From: Bdellovibrionales bacterium
GTDB lineage: Bacteria > Bdellovibrionota > Bdellovibrionia > Bdellovibrionales > UBA1609
Reading direction: 5' to 3'
Length of the DNA: 64,000 nucleotides
Assembly: GCA_965219095.1 (NCBI GenBank)
Contig: OZ244719.1
Location: 352,001-416,000, forward strand
Shown here one piece after another: positions 10,251 to 21,633 of this stretch. Under the pieces are notes generated by a model. The model had not been told where the DNA came from and made no database searches. It saw nothing but the letters and a program-made list of their open reading frames with translations. The stretch's first letter is position 1; each line of letters opens with the position of its first letter. Position numbers and translations under genes: made by a program.

Positions 10251-11072
10251 ATGAAAAAGATAGAACAAAAAATTTTATGGGCTTTTCTAGCTATATGTTT
10301 TTCTTTACTTTCTACAGGATGTTCAGATAAGAAAAGTCAAAACACCTCAACAGATGATACAGTAATAAAGACTGACACACCTTCTGATCCTCATTGGGAT
10401 GATTACAATGAAGGAAGTGTGGTCAACTTTAAAATCTATAGTATAAAGAGATTCAATTCCTATGCCAATGAAAGCTATAATTCCCCTAAAAATGTACAAA
10501 TTAATGTAAACTTAGAAAAAGTCAGTGAAGATGGGAAAACTTATAAAGGAAGCTTGAGGTTTGGTTTTGAAGACCATGGACTTCAAAGAAATGGTTATTT
10601 AGGAGGTATTGAGTTCTTTGAACATGAATTTGAAACAGGTGGCATAGGCATGTGGAATGGAAGATCTGAATCAACTTCTGCTCGCTATAACTACTGGTAC
10701 ACCGACAAAAAACTAGAAAAAAAGGTGTTTAAAGCTTTCTTTCAGGACGAAGAAGGGCCTATCATCCTTATAATAGATAAAATTAAATCTGTTGGCGATG
10801 GACAAGAACCTAAAGTAGGTTCAGGATCTCTCTGGTTCAAAAGATTTCCTGCTGCACAGGCAAGCCAATCTCCTACAGTTTGTTGGCTGATCTCTAAAGG
10901 GCCTTTTGATTGTCGTCCTTGGAAGAGCGGAAAAAAGCTTGACGTAGAACGCTCCATCACACCTGATAATGGCTATAAAAAATTAGGAACTTTTGAAAAT
11001 CTAGATCTTCATAAGGCTTTTGATGGAGAAGATGATTATGAAGATTATGAAGATGAAGATTATGATGCCTAA
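10251..11072 (+). CDS. Hypothetical lipoprotein with acidic D/E/Y tail
   Basis: Lipobox LSTGC; CW...GPFDCR; tail EDDYEDYEDEDYDA. Confidence 0.75.
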   Translation: MKKIEQKILWAFLAICFSLLSTGCSDKKSQNTSTDDTVIKTDTPSDPHWDDYNEGSVVNFKIYSIKRFNSYANESYNSPKNVQINVNLEKVSEDGKTYKGSLRFGFEDHGLQRNGYLGGIEFFEHEFETGGIGMWNGRSESTSARYNYWYTDKKLEKKVFKAFFQDEEGPIILIIDKIKSVGDGQEPKVGSGSLWFKRFPAAQASQSPTVCWLISKGPFDCRPWKSGKKLDVERSITPDNGYKKLGTFENLDLHKAFDGEDDYEDYEDEDYDA

Positions 11073-11107
11073 AACAAAAAAACCTATGACAAAAGAAGGA
11101 AAAAGAT

Positions 11108-11728
11108 ATGAAAAAAAATATAAAATATAACAAAATGATTTTAAGTTTGGCAACTCTTGGGTTTTTACTCATAAGCTGTAACAAAGACAACAACTATCTC
11201 GATCCCTACTACAATGATTCTTATTACGATGATCCCTACTACAATGATTCTTATTACGATAACCCTTATCGTAACCGTAATAACATTAACAACAGATCAT
11301 ATTCTCATAACAGAAGAAATTCTTTACTCAACAGAAATCAAAATGGTCTTTTTGTAGAGGGAGAAGCCTTGAATCAGAATATGGCACTTCGTCTTCAAGC
11401 TTATGTGAGAGGAGAGCACGTGGAGGCTCAAGGAAAATTAAGATTGGAGCATTCCAGTTGTGGATTAGAAAGAGGAATTTACACTTTGAGTACTATCGCT
11501 CCCGGATACATAAACTCAATAGGTTCTGGAAAAAATATTGTATTAGGAACAAATCAATCTCATAATGGACATCACAATAGAATAACAATTGTACTTAAAA
11601 CTCTCCAAGGCAATCTAGTGACAGGTTATGGATTTTACACACACATGACTATTAATGGTTGTTCTTACTTACTTACATCAGATGTAACTGTTCAGAAAAA
11701 TTCTAGTAAATTGTTGAAATTTCACTAA
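11108..11728 (+). CDS. Hypothetical lipoprotein; last 14 aa derive from IS66 inserted just before the native stop
   Basis: Lipobox LLISC; native TAG now at 19850-19852 after the TSD. Confidence 0.75.
   Translation: MKKNIKYNKMILSLATLGFLLISCNKDNNYLDPYYNDSYYDDPYYNDSYYDNPYRNRNNINNRSYSHNRRNSLLNRNQNGLFVEGEALNQNMALRLQAYVRGEHVEAQGKLRLEHSSCGLERGIYTLSTIAPGYINSIGSGKNIVLGTNQSHNGHHNRITIVLKTLQGNLVTGYGFYTHMTINGCSYLLTSDVTVQKNSSKLLKFH
11201..11260 (+). repeat. 30-bp perfect tandem repeat x2 (DPYYNDSYYD)
   Basis: GATCCCTACTACAATGATTCTTATTACGAT twice. Confidence 0.9.
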
Positions 11729-11981
11729 AAGCTCCTATGCCTATAGTGTTATATGATGTTTTTCGTTTAGATTTTCAGATTTTTTGAGTTAGGGTCTAGT
11801 TTTTATTCAAAAGTATTGATAAATCGTCATTTGTTTTAAAAAATAGTTTTATATGATAATTCTTCCTTTAGATTCTAAAAACTTAAACGGAAAGGACTAT
11901 ATAGTGCTTCCGTTTAAGTTTTCAGTTTTTTTCTCTAGAGAATCGACCGGAAAATCTAAGCGTATTCACTATATAGTGAAT

Positions 11982-12363
11982 ATGAACAAGAATGAAAAGC
12001 CTAAAAACGACAATCACAAGGCTCTTTCAAGAGCGAAGATCAGATAAAGCTTCTTAGAAACACAATTTGTCGTCAATCCATAGAGCTTAAGAAAGCACAA
12101 AAAGAAATAAAATGTTTAGAAAAAGATTACAAGCATTTAGAAGAAGAGCGTGAGCGTTTAGAAGAAGGGTGTGAGCGTTTAGAAGAAGAGAGCAAGCGTT
12201 TAAAAAAAGATAATGAACATTTTAAAAAAAGAAAATAAGAAACTAAAAGAGGAGCTTCAATCAATACGCAAGCCTCCTAAGTGGGCTAAAAAGAACAAGA
12301 ATAAAAATCCAAATGGAAGCCTTAAAAAAGGAAAAAAGAAGGGTCCTAAAAAGGGTCATAAAG
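11982..12363 (+). pseudogene. IS66 transposase N-terminal fragment (frameshifted)
   Basis: Coiled coil with 21-bp repeats, then KKGPKKGHK; cut by IS481. Confidence 0.6.
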
Positions 12364-12824
12364 TGTAATAGTCGCAACTTAATCTGACACGTCTCGAAAT
12401 GTCAAAGAGATGAAAAGAGGTTACCCTTTTAAATAAACAATACCACCCCAAAGGGTGGAGAAAGGATAACAAAAATGACATATCAAGAAAGAATTATAAA
12501 ATCAAAAGTAGGTCTTTTGCAATTAGCAGAAGAGTTAGGCAATGTATCTCAAGCTTGTAAGGTGATGGGCTTTTCAAGAGATACATTTTATCGTTACAAG
12601 ACACTCAAAGAGGAAGGAGGTTTAGAATCATTAAGAGAGCAAAGTCGTAGAAAGCCTAATTTAAAAAACAGAGTTGATCAAACGACAGAAGAGGCTTGTT
12701 TAAGGATCGCTATAGAACTTCCTGCCTATGGACAGTTGAGAGCGTCCAATGAGTTAAGGAAAAAAGGAATTTTTATTTCTCCTGCAGGAGTTAGAGGGGT
12801 CTGGCTGAGAAATAATTTAGAGAC
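12364..12824 (+). mobile_element. IS481 left part, truncated by IS3 (copy 1)
   Basis: TGTAATAGTCG terminus; ORF 12475 with GNVSQACKVMGFSRDTFYRY HTH. Confidence 0.88.
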
Positions 12825-13098
12825 TGAACTTCCCCTGTTTCTGCGGACAGTCAATTTTCTCTTAAAGTCTCCATAAAATGGAGGTAAAAGAAAGAATGGA
12901 AAAAGTAAAACAGTACTCGGAAGAGTTTAAAAAGCAAGCCATTGAATTGGCAGAGGAAATAGGTGCAAAGGAAGCCTCAGAGAAGCTAGGACTGAGAAAT
13001 TTCCAAGTGATAAGCTCTTGGAAGCGTTTTCTAAAGCCTGAAGTAGAAAGACAAGCTTCCCATGACTTGGCTTCGGCATTGGAGGAAATAAAGAGGTT

Positions 13099-13310
13099 AA
13101 AAAAGGAGCTGGTCTATGAGAGGCGGAGTGTAGGTATATTGAAAGAGGCAGCGGCTTTTTTTTCAAAGGAAATCCTGAAATGAGATTTAAGGCTATGTTT
13201 TATGTAAAAGAGAAAGGGCATCCAGTGCTTCGCATTTGCGAATTATACCATTTCCAAAAATTAATTCGACATTCTTTTAACGCATAGCGCCCTGGCTTTT
13301 TGATCAAACT
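13099..13310 (+). repeat. 212-bp direct repeat (second copy 16269..16480) flanking IS1634-B
   Basis: Identical IS3/IS630 junction sequence directly outside both TIRs. Confidence 0.88.
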
Positions 13311-13589
13311 CCTGACTTCGACACAACACACTGCAACAAGTGAATAATTTCAAATAGTTACAATTTTTGGGGCCACAGGAAAGGGTTTTTTAAAGGTCAG
13401 CAGATTCAGCAGATATTGTGGGAATGAGGCTCATAAAAGAGTCTCTTTTAAGCGAAAAAGCACTATAAATTTCTTCTACTTCCTTTGTACAACCTGAGGG
13501 AAGGCGATAAAGTTTTTTCGTCTTTTTTTCTTTTAAAATACTGTACTGATCTCTTTTTAAGATCTTTCTCATTCTTTCAAAGCTTAAAT

Positions 13590-14050
13590 TGTAATAGTCG
13601 CAACTTAATCTGACACGTCTCGAAATGTCAAAGAGATGAAAAGAGGTTACCCTTTTAAATAAACAATACCACCCCAAAGGGTGGAGAAAGGATAACAAAA
13701 ATGACATATCAAGAAAGAATTATAAAATCAAAAGTAGGTCTTTTGCAATTAGCAGAAGAGTTAGGCAATGTATCTCAAGCTTGTAAGGTGATGGGCTTTT
13801 CAAGAGATACATTTTATCGTTACAAGACACTCAAAGAGGAAGGAGGTTTAGAATCATTAAGAGAGCAAAGTCGTAGAAAGCCTAATTTAAAAAACAGAGT
13901 TGATCAAACGACAGAAGAGGCTTGTTTAAGGATCGCTATAGAACTTCCTGCCTATGGACAGTTGAGAGCGTCCAATGAGTTAAGGAAAAAAGGAATTTTT
14001 ATTTCTCCTGCAGGAGTTAGAGGGGTCTGGCTGAGAAATAATTTAGAGAC
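13590..14050 (+). mobile_element. IS481 left part, truncated by IS3 (copy 2)
   Basis: Identical to 12364..12824 including the junction. Confidence 0.88.
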
Positions 14051-15301
14051 TGAACTTCCCCTGTTTCTGCGGACAGTCAATTTTCTCTTAAAGTCTCCAT
14101 AAAATGGAGGTAAAAGAAAGAATGGAAAAAGTAAAACAGTACTCGGAAGAGTTTAAAAAGCAAGCCATTGAATTGGCAGAGGAAATAGGTGCAAAGGAAG
14201 CCTCAGAGAAGCTAGGACTGAGAAATTTCCAAGTGATAAGCTCTTGGAAGCGTTTTCTAAAGCCTGAAGTAGAAAGACAAGCTTCCCATGACTTGGCTTC
14301 GGCATTGGAGGAAATAAAGAGGTTAAAAAAGGAGCTGGTCTATGAGAGGCGGAGTGTAGGTATATTGAAAGAGGCAGCGGCTTTTTTTTCAAAGGAAATC
14401 CTGAAATGAGATTTAAGGCTATGTTTTATGTAAAAGAGAAAGGGCATCCAGTGCTTCGCATTTGCGAATTATTAAGAGGATCTCGTTCTGGTTTTTATAG
14501 TTTTTTAAAAACCAGGGGAAAGCTTGAAAAGGATAAAAATCTGGAGAAAAACATAGAATCTATTTTTAAAAAAAATAAAGGCTGTTATGGTTCCCCCAGG
14601 GTGTATAGGGAATTAAAGCGTTGCGGAGTGAGTGCTGGAGAAAACAAAGTAGCTCGAATTATGAAACTAAAGAATCTCAGTGCCCGTCAGAAAAAACCCT
14701 ATGTTCCTAGAACAACAAAGAATAACCCTCTCATGATTAAGTCTCCTCGGTTGTTTAAGACAGGACAGAGCCAAGCAGGAAAAGAAAACCAGGTATGGTG
14801 TTCGGATTTAACCTATATTCCTTTTAGAGATAAATTTCTGTATTTGGTTGTATTTTTAGATGTCTATAATCGAGAGATTAAGTCTTGGAAGCTCTGTGAG
14901 AGCTTGGACGGGGTTCATTCAAAACAGGCTCTGAGAGCCGCAGTCCAATCTGTTTCTGGGAACTTAGAGGGCTTGATAATCCACTCGGATCAAGGGGTTC
15001 AATATTGTTGTGAAGGGTTTAGAAAAGAATTGAAATTCTTTGGCCTCAAGCAATCTATGTCTAGGAAAGGAAATTGTTATGATAATGCGTTTGTGGAGAG
15101 CTTTTTCCATACGTTGAAGGATGAACTGGAATACAAAGACTGTACAACAAAGGAAGAGTTGGAGAAAAAAATTGCAATTTACATGGATTGGTATAACAAG
15201 GTAAGAATGCATTCTTCCTTGAAATACATGAGCCCAAAAGAATTTAAACAAAGGAGGGCTTTAAGAACATAAAAACTGTCCACTTTTTTGGGGGAAGATC
15301 A
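14051..15301 (+). mobile_element. IS3-family element, intact (orfA 14104..14409, orfB 14406..15272)
   Basis: TG...CA termini; WCSDLTY, HSDQGVQY, DNAFVESF DDE motifs; ATGA overlap. Confidence 0.93.
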
Positions 15302-16415
15302 AGATTCTACCAGTGTAGCCCCCTCACTTGTATTGCCCGGAAAAAGTTCATAGCTTATAGGATGGCCTTGTGAGTTTGTCATAAGTGCCAAAACAACCTG
15401 TGTCTCTTTAAATTTACAATCTTTACTAAAACCAAACCTGCGAATCTCATCCTCTGAAAAGCTCTCAAAATACAAGCTCCTCACATCATAAAGCAAAACA
15501 TCCACCTCATGGTTAAACAAAGACAAGGTGTTCTCAGATACCTTTTTCTTCGAGGTCTCAATAAAAGGATAAAAACGATCCATAGCCCTATAAACTTTCT
15601 CTAAAGGAATCTGTCGGTTAAAATCTTCAAAAAGTGTTTCTACACTACCTCTTTTTGATTCTGGATTAAAAACTCTTGATAAAACACAGTGCTTTAAAAT
15701 ATCATTCCACTCTAAATCTTTCTTTGTACCCTCAATCAAATTTACAAAACCTAACTCAGCATAAAGCTCATTAAAAACTTTCTCAATACCACAAACAACA
15801 CGCTTTTTCTCCTCTAAAATACTGCCTGAAAACTGGAAATCTTTCTCACTCTTTCTTTTCTTCTCTTTCTTCTTCTCCTTAGGCCTTCTACCATAAACTA
15901 GCTTCTCACAACCTGGAAGCACAGGATTTCTTTGATTCTTAATGTCTATGATCAACTCTTCTGCTAACTTCTTAGCTTTTTTAACTTCCTTATCGCTTGC
16001 AAAAATACCCATAGAACGAATGGTCTTTTGTACGCACTTCCCTTTAAGCCAAACAGACTCTACAATCCGTACACTTTTTTTACCTTTAGACTTTGATGTT
16101 ACTTTTACAAACATTCTTTAAAAAGGCTAAACAACTTTTGCAAACTTGTAAAATGGGTCAGGGCCACAGAACCAACCTAAAATCTGTGTATAACTCCTTT
16201 AACTAAAAGCTAGAGGTAAAAGAACGAAAATATTTTTTTTTAACTCACTGTGTTGTGTCGAAGTCAGGAAAAAAGGAGCTGGTCTATGAGAGGCGGAGTG
16301 TAGGTATATTGAAAGAGGCAGCGGCTTTTTTTTCAAAGGAAATCCTGAAATGAGATTTAAGGCTATGTTTTATGTAAAAGAGAAAGGGCATCCAGTGCTT
16401 CGCATTTGCGAATTA

Positions 16416-17824
16416 TACCATTTCCAAAAATTAATTCGACATTCTTTTAACGCATAGCGCCCTGGCTTTTTGATCAAACTCTGTTAAATTTTTAGAGTCA
16501 TGTCGAAAAAAGATTTAGTTACACAGATTCAAGGGTATGATTTTCTGGCTACTTACAAAGTGGAAAGAAATCCCAATATCAAGATAAAACTCCAAGCTTT
16601 GCAGCATATGCAAGAAGGAAAATCGATTCAAGAAACAGCAAGTATAGTTTTCTATCACCGTCACAGTATCAAATCCTGGTTACAGTCTTTTGTAGACTTT
16701 GATTACGAGGGGTTGATAGATCGAGAAGGCAGAGGGCGCAAGCCTCGTTTACCAGTGACAGAAGAAGAGAACTTCAAAATCAAGTTAGATGAAATTCAAG
16801 ACAAGAGAGAAGGAGGAAGCATAGGAGCAAAGGGAATACAGGAACTTTTAGCAAATGAATTTGACTGTTGCTATTCTCTTTCTGGGGTTTATGCTCTTTT
16901 AGACCGTCTTAATATTGTATGGATCAGTGGTCGTTCTCTTCATCCTAAAACTTCACAAGAAGCTATGGAACAGTTTAAGGAACATTTTCCAGAAGAGGTG
17001 AAGAAAATAAAGGAAAAGATTCAGACTCATAAAATAGAGATTTGGTGGCAGGATGAATGCAGAATAGGCCAGCAAGGTTCTTTAAGCAGGATTTGGGCAA
17101 GAAAAGGCACACGACCTAGAGTTGTGAGACAAAGACAATTTTTATCCACTTATATTTTTGGAGCAGTTTGTCCGGATAAAGATAAAGGCTGTGCTTGGAT
17201 CTTACCGGAATGTAATTCAGGGATGATGCAAATTCACTTAGATGAGATATCTAAAAATATTCAAGAAAACTATCATGGAATTGTTTTAATGGACAGAGCC
17301 AGTTGGCATACCACAGAGACTTTGATAGTTCCTAAGAATTTATCCCTGATGCCTTTACCTCCTTATAGTCCAGAATTAAATCCCATGGAACAAGTCTGGC
17401 AACAATTACGAAGGATCAAATTATCGAATGCATGTTTTAAAAACTATGACCATATACTGAATACTTGTTGTGAGGCCTGGAATACTTTTTGCGATCAGGA
17501 GGGCAGGATTAAAAAATTATGCACTCGATCTTGGGCAAAACAACAAGATGAATCAAGCTTGTAAATTAATTTGAACCTATAAATTAAATTGCGTAACTGA
17601 TTTTTTTCATTTTACATCTTAACCTCACTTTTTTACACTTATTTTAACCCATCAATCGATTCACACAACAATAGATATACATAAAATAAACATATCTTAT
17701 GAAAACTCAACCTCCCTTCAAAAAAAACTTTTTTAAAGCCTCCTAATTGAAACTTTTCCTTAAGTCAATTTTAAAATTTTAAATTTGAACATAAAAATGT
17801 CGAATTAATTTCTGTAATTGGTAT
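16416..17824 (+). mobile_element. IS630-family element A, copy 2 (transposase 16500..17564)
   Basis: Same IRs; TA duplication within IS3 orfB. Confidence 0.92.
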
Positions 17825-17931
17825 TATTAAGAGGATCTCGTTCTGGTTTTTATAGTTTTTTAAAAACCAGGGGAAAGCTTGAAAAGGATAAAAATCTGGA
17901 GAAAAACATAGAATCTATTTTTAAAAAAAAA

Positions 17932-18351
17932 GGCTCCTCCCGGGAATCTGTGGGTGAAAAAGTAAAATTAAGGCATTTAATACAGTACAATTTAAAAAGT
18001 ATCCGCTGTTATTTTTTAAAAGAAGACTTCCGACAGTTATGGACCTATGTTCCACCAACTTGGGCTGGTAAATTTATAGACAGTTGGACGAGACGAGTCA
18101 TGCTTTCAAAAATTGAACCTATGAAAAGAAAAGCAAAAACCATACAAAGACATAAGCTACTTATTCTTAATTACTTCAAGGCTAAAAAAACCTTCTCCTC
18201 AGGGATTGTAGAGGGTTTAAACAACAAAGTAAAACTCACTATGAGAAAATCTTACGGCTTTAGAACCTCTAAAGCTATAAAAATCGCCTTATATCATAAC
18301 CTTGGAAAACTGCCAGAACCTCCGGGAACCCACAGATTCTTTCGAGGATGC
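17932..18351 (+). mobile_element. Internally deleted 420-bp ISL3 derivative inside IS3 orfB
   Basis: Left IR GGCTCCTCCCGGGAATCTGTGGG joined at TGAAAA microhomology to transposase 3' end; A-rich target duplication. Confidence 0.88.
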
Positions 18352-19084
18352 AAAAAAATAAAGGCTGTTATGGTTCCCCCAGGGTGTATAGGGAATTAAA
18401 GCGTTGCGGAGTGAGTGCTGGAGAAAACAAAGTAGCTCGAATTATGAAACTAAAGAATCTCAGTGCCCGTCAGAAAAAACCCTATGTTCCTAGAACAACA
18501 AAGAATAACCCTCTCATGATTAAGTCTCCTCGGTTGTTTAAGACAGGACAGAGCCAAGCAGGAAAAGAAAACCAGGTATGGTGTTCGGATTTAACCTATA
18601 TTCCTTTTAGAGATAAATTTCTGTATTTGGTTGTATTTTTAGATGTCTATAATCGAGAGATTAAGTCTTGGAAGCTCTGTGAGAGCTTGGACGGGGTTCA
18701 TTCAAAACAGGCTCTGAGAGCCGCAGTCCAATCTGTTTCTGGGAACTTAGAGGGCTTGATAATCCACTCGGATCAAGGGGTTCAATATTGTTGTGAAGGG
18801 TTTAGAAAAGAATTGAAATTCTTTGGCCTCAAGCAATCTATGTCTAGGAAAGGAAATTGTTATGATAATGCGTTTGTGGAGAGCTTTTTCCATACGTTGA
18901 AGGATGAACTGGAATACAAAGACTGTACAACAAAGGAAGAGTTGGAGAAAAAAATTGCAATTTACATGGATTGGTATAACAAGGTAAGAATGCATTCTTC
19001 CTTGAAATACATGAGCCCAAAAGAATTTAAACAAAGGAGGGCTTTAAGAACATAAAAACTGTCCACTTTTTTGGGGGAAGATCA

Positions 19085-19813
19085 AAGTTTGAGGGGGCTT
19101 ACGAAGATATCAAGTCCGTGTTATCGGAGCAGGGGCATTTGCATGCTGATGAGACAGGATGGAGAGTGAATGGGAACAGTCATTGGCTCTGGAGTTTTTC
19201 AAATTATGATGTGTCATTTTATAAGATTGATCAAACTCGTTCGCAAGATGTGGTTAAAAATGTTCTTGGAGAAGTTTTTCGTGGAGTTTTAGTTTCAGAT
19301 TTTTATGCTGCCTATAACAAGATTGACTGTCAAAAGCAAAAATGTTGGCCCCATCTTTTAAGGGAGCTTCATGGGCTAAAAGAAAAACATCCTAAAAGCA
19401 AAGAAATTGCTCAGTTTTCTAAGAGAGCCAAACTTTTTTTCAATAGGGGAAAAAGGTTGCAAAATGAATATGAAAGTAAAGAGAATATCGATCGAAAATA
19501 CAAACTGCTTATGCATGATACAGGAAAATGGGTATCAAAAAAATACAGAAGCCATGACTTACAAAGGCTTTGTAAACGTTTGGTCAAATATCGAGATGAA
19601 ATTTATACTTTCATTAAGACTGGAGTAGACCCCACTAACAATTATGGAGAGAGGGAAATTAGGCCTGCTGTACTTATGAGAAAAATCTCTTATTGCAATC
19701 GCTCAGAACAGGGAGCCCATAACCAAGAGGTTATGATGAGTGTCGCTCGAACGGCCAAAAAACAGAATCTATCCTTCGTTGACATGGCTACTGAATACCT
19801 CTCTAAACATTAA
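19085..19813 (+). pseudogene. IS66 transposase C-terminal fragment
   Basis: HADETGW, LVSDFYAAY, QKCWPHLLR, PTNNYGEREIR motifs. Confidence 0.9.
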
Positions 19814-19962
19814 AATTACTAGAATTTAAGTGAACAGTTACCATCAGATTAGGGAATTTCTTAAAAATTTTTACATCAAAATGAAAAGTCATTCCTTCTT
19901 TCATAAAAAACTAATCTAAAGACTAAATAAAATCCACACTTTTTCTGCTAAACTATAAGAGA

Positions 19963-20832
19963 ATGAAATTTTATTTTGAAGAGTTCTTAAATGAACTCGC
20001 TTGGCTAAAATCTTACTCTCAGAATACACTCAATGCTTATAAAAGAGATCTTGATCTTTTTAGAAAATTTAAGATTTCTAGCAAACAAGATTTTTATGAT
20101 TTTTTAAAAAGTAAAAACCTTAGTTCTCGTTCTCAAGCCCGTGTCATAAGTTGTGTGAGAAGCTATTTTAAATTTTGTCATAGAAAATCTTTAAAATTAG
20201 AAAAACATGAAAAACTAAAAATACCTCTTTTTTCTCAGAACTTGCCTTATGCTTTAAGTGTGTTAGACTTCTCAAAGCTCATACAAGTAAGCTCTCATCC
20301 CTGTCCTCATAAAAAGAAAAGAAACCACCTGTTATTGAAAATTTTGTTTGGTTGTGCTCTCAGGGCCTCAGAGCTTGTTAATTTAAATATACAAGATTAT
20401 AGCCTTACAGAATCATGCTTGTTCGTTTTAGGAAAAGGCCAAAAAGAAAGACTTGTTCCTCTCACAGAACTTATAGATAAAGCTCTCAGAAGTTATATGC
20501 AAGATTCTTTAAAAATTTTAAGCCAAGATTCTAAAGCCTTGTTTGTCAACAATAAAGGAAAAAGGCTTCATAGAGTGGATTTGTGGAGATGGATCCGATG
20601 TTGGAGTCAAAAAGCAGACCTTAATTCAAAAATAAGTCCACATAAATTTCGCCATGGATGTGCGACCATCCTCTTAGAAAACGGAGCTGATTTACGCAGT
20701 ATACAAAGCCTGCTAGGACACTCCAGTGTTTCAACAACTCAAATTTACACTCATGTAACTCAAAATCAACTTAATAAAGATATACAAAAGCATCACCCTC
20801 TTTCAGAAATCAAAATCAAAAAATTGTCATAA
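19963..20832 (+). CDS. xerD: XerC/XerD-family tyrosine recombinase (XerD-like)
   Basis: SQNTLNAYKRDL, LRASEL, GKGQKERLVP, SPHKFRH, LLGH..TTQIYTHV, HHP tail. Confidence 0.75.
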   Translation: MKFYFEEFLNELAWLKSYSQNTLNAYKRDLDLFRKFKISSKQDFYDFLKSKNLSSRSQARVISCVRSYFKFCHRKSLKLEKHEKLKIPLFSQNLPYALSVLDFSKLIQVSSHPCPHKKKRNHLLLKILFGCALRASELVNLNIQDYSLTESCLFVLGKGQKERLVPLTELIDKALRSYMQDSLKILSQDSKALFVNNKGKRLHRVDLWRWIRCWSQKADLNSKISPHKFRHGCATILLENGADLRSIQSLLGHSSVSTTQIYTHVTQNQLNKDIQKHHPLSEIKIKKLS

Positions 20833-21007
20833 CCTCTCCTGCTGTGACTCTTTTAATTGGGTTACTAGGATTCTGAGTTTTTTATTAATTTTATTTTCCA
20901 CCACCTTAGGATGCAATCTCTAACTCTCTACCCACTGTTAATGACAAAAAATTTATAATTTTCAATAGCAAATTTTCTTTTCAATAATTTTAAGCTCTTC
21001 TATTTTA

Positions 21008-21537
21008 GTCGAACGTGAAAAATTGCCAAAAGTCTAGGTTAGTCGAACGTAAAAAAGTGTTTTTATGATTTTTTTAGATGTCATTCAAGGGGAAAATTTT
21101 TTTAATCCCTAAGAAAATTATAAACTTTTCAAAATCAACGAGCGAGAGCTTGTAAATTAAGTATAAAACACGAAAAAAGACGCACTTCTAGCATCAATTT
21201 TCTTAAGTTTTGAGATACTCCCGATAAAAGACTATTGATTGCATCACCGTTTGGACCTGAGCCTGTAAATTAAATTGTGTAACTGATTTTTTTCATTTTA
21301 AATTTTACCCTCAATTTTTCACATCAAACCTCCCCTTATATTCAATAGCAAATCTGTTCATAGCCAGTTTTCAGTCCCTTAAAGGCTTTGAGGTAAAAGT
21401 ATTTTCTGTCGGCTTCATTTTGTCTCCTTTTTTTGCAAGACTTTTTAATATTATTGTTCTTTTCTTGCAATTATTTTCTTTAGAAAAATCTAAAAAAGCA
21501 AGGTGTTTTAAAGACTTTGGGGTTTTTCACGGACGAC
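21008..21537. mobile_element. 530-bp non-autonomous MITE-like element
   Basis: TIRs GTCGAACGTGAAAAA / TTTTTCACGGACGAC; 7-bp TSD TATTTTA at 21001-21007 and 21538-21544; no ORF. Confidence 0.7.
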
Positions 21538-21633
21538 TATTTTAAAGTCTCTCAATTCGTTTCTTTACCAAAAGAGACACTTCGTCGTTCAAAAGAACAA
21601 GGAATATAAAGTGAAACAACAAAAACAAAATTT

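Larger units (their letters stand above)
13311..16268 (-). mobile_element. IS1634-family element B, centre replaced by IS481::IS3
   Basis: TIR CCTGACTTCGACACAACACA at both ends; transposase N-term 15299..16114 (YDVRSLYFES, GFSKDCK), C-term about 13390..13589. Confidence 0.85.
12825..19084 (+). mobile_element. IS3-family element interrupted by IS630, IS1634-B and mini-ISL3
   Basis: Ends TGAACTTCCCC / GGGGAAGATCA; orfA 12878..13183; orfB pieces near 13180, 17825 and 18352..19055. Confidence 0.85.
11684..19841 (+). mobile_element. IS66-family element A hosting nested IS481/IS3/IS630/IS1634/ISL3
   Basis: Ends GTAACTGTTCA / TGAACAGTTAC; 8-bp TSD CATCAGAT at 11676-11683 and 19842-19849. Confidence 0.92.

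Noticed and set aside
12927..15251. Antisense ORFs repeated in IS3 copies, and shadow ORFs in rho, dnaE, permease and fsa
   Set aside because: Opposite-strand shadows of real genes; repetition reflects IS copy number
17818..18399. 193-aa ORF as a novel gene
   Set aside because: Fusion of IS630 end, IS3 orfB and mini-ISL3
19963..20832. Integron integrase
   Set aside because: Lacks the IntI-specific insertion; no attC cassette array; looks like chromosomal Xer
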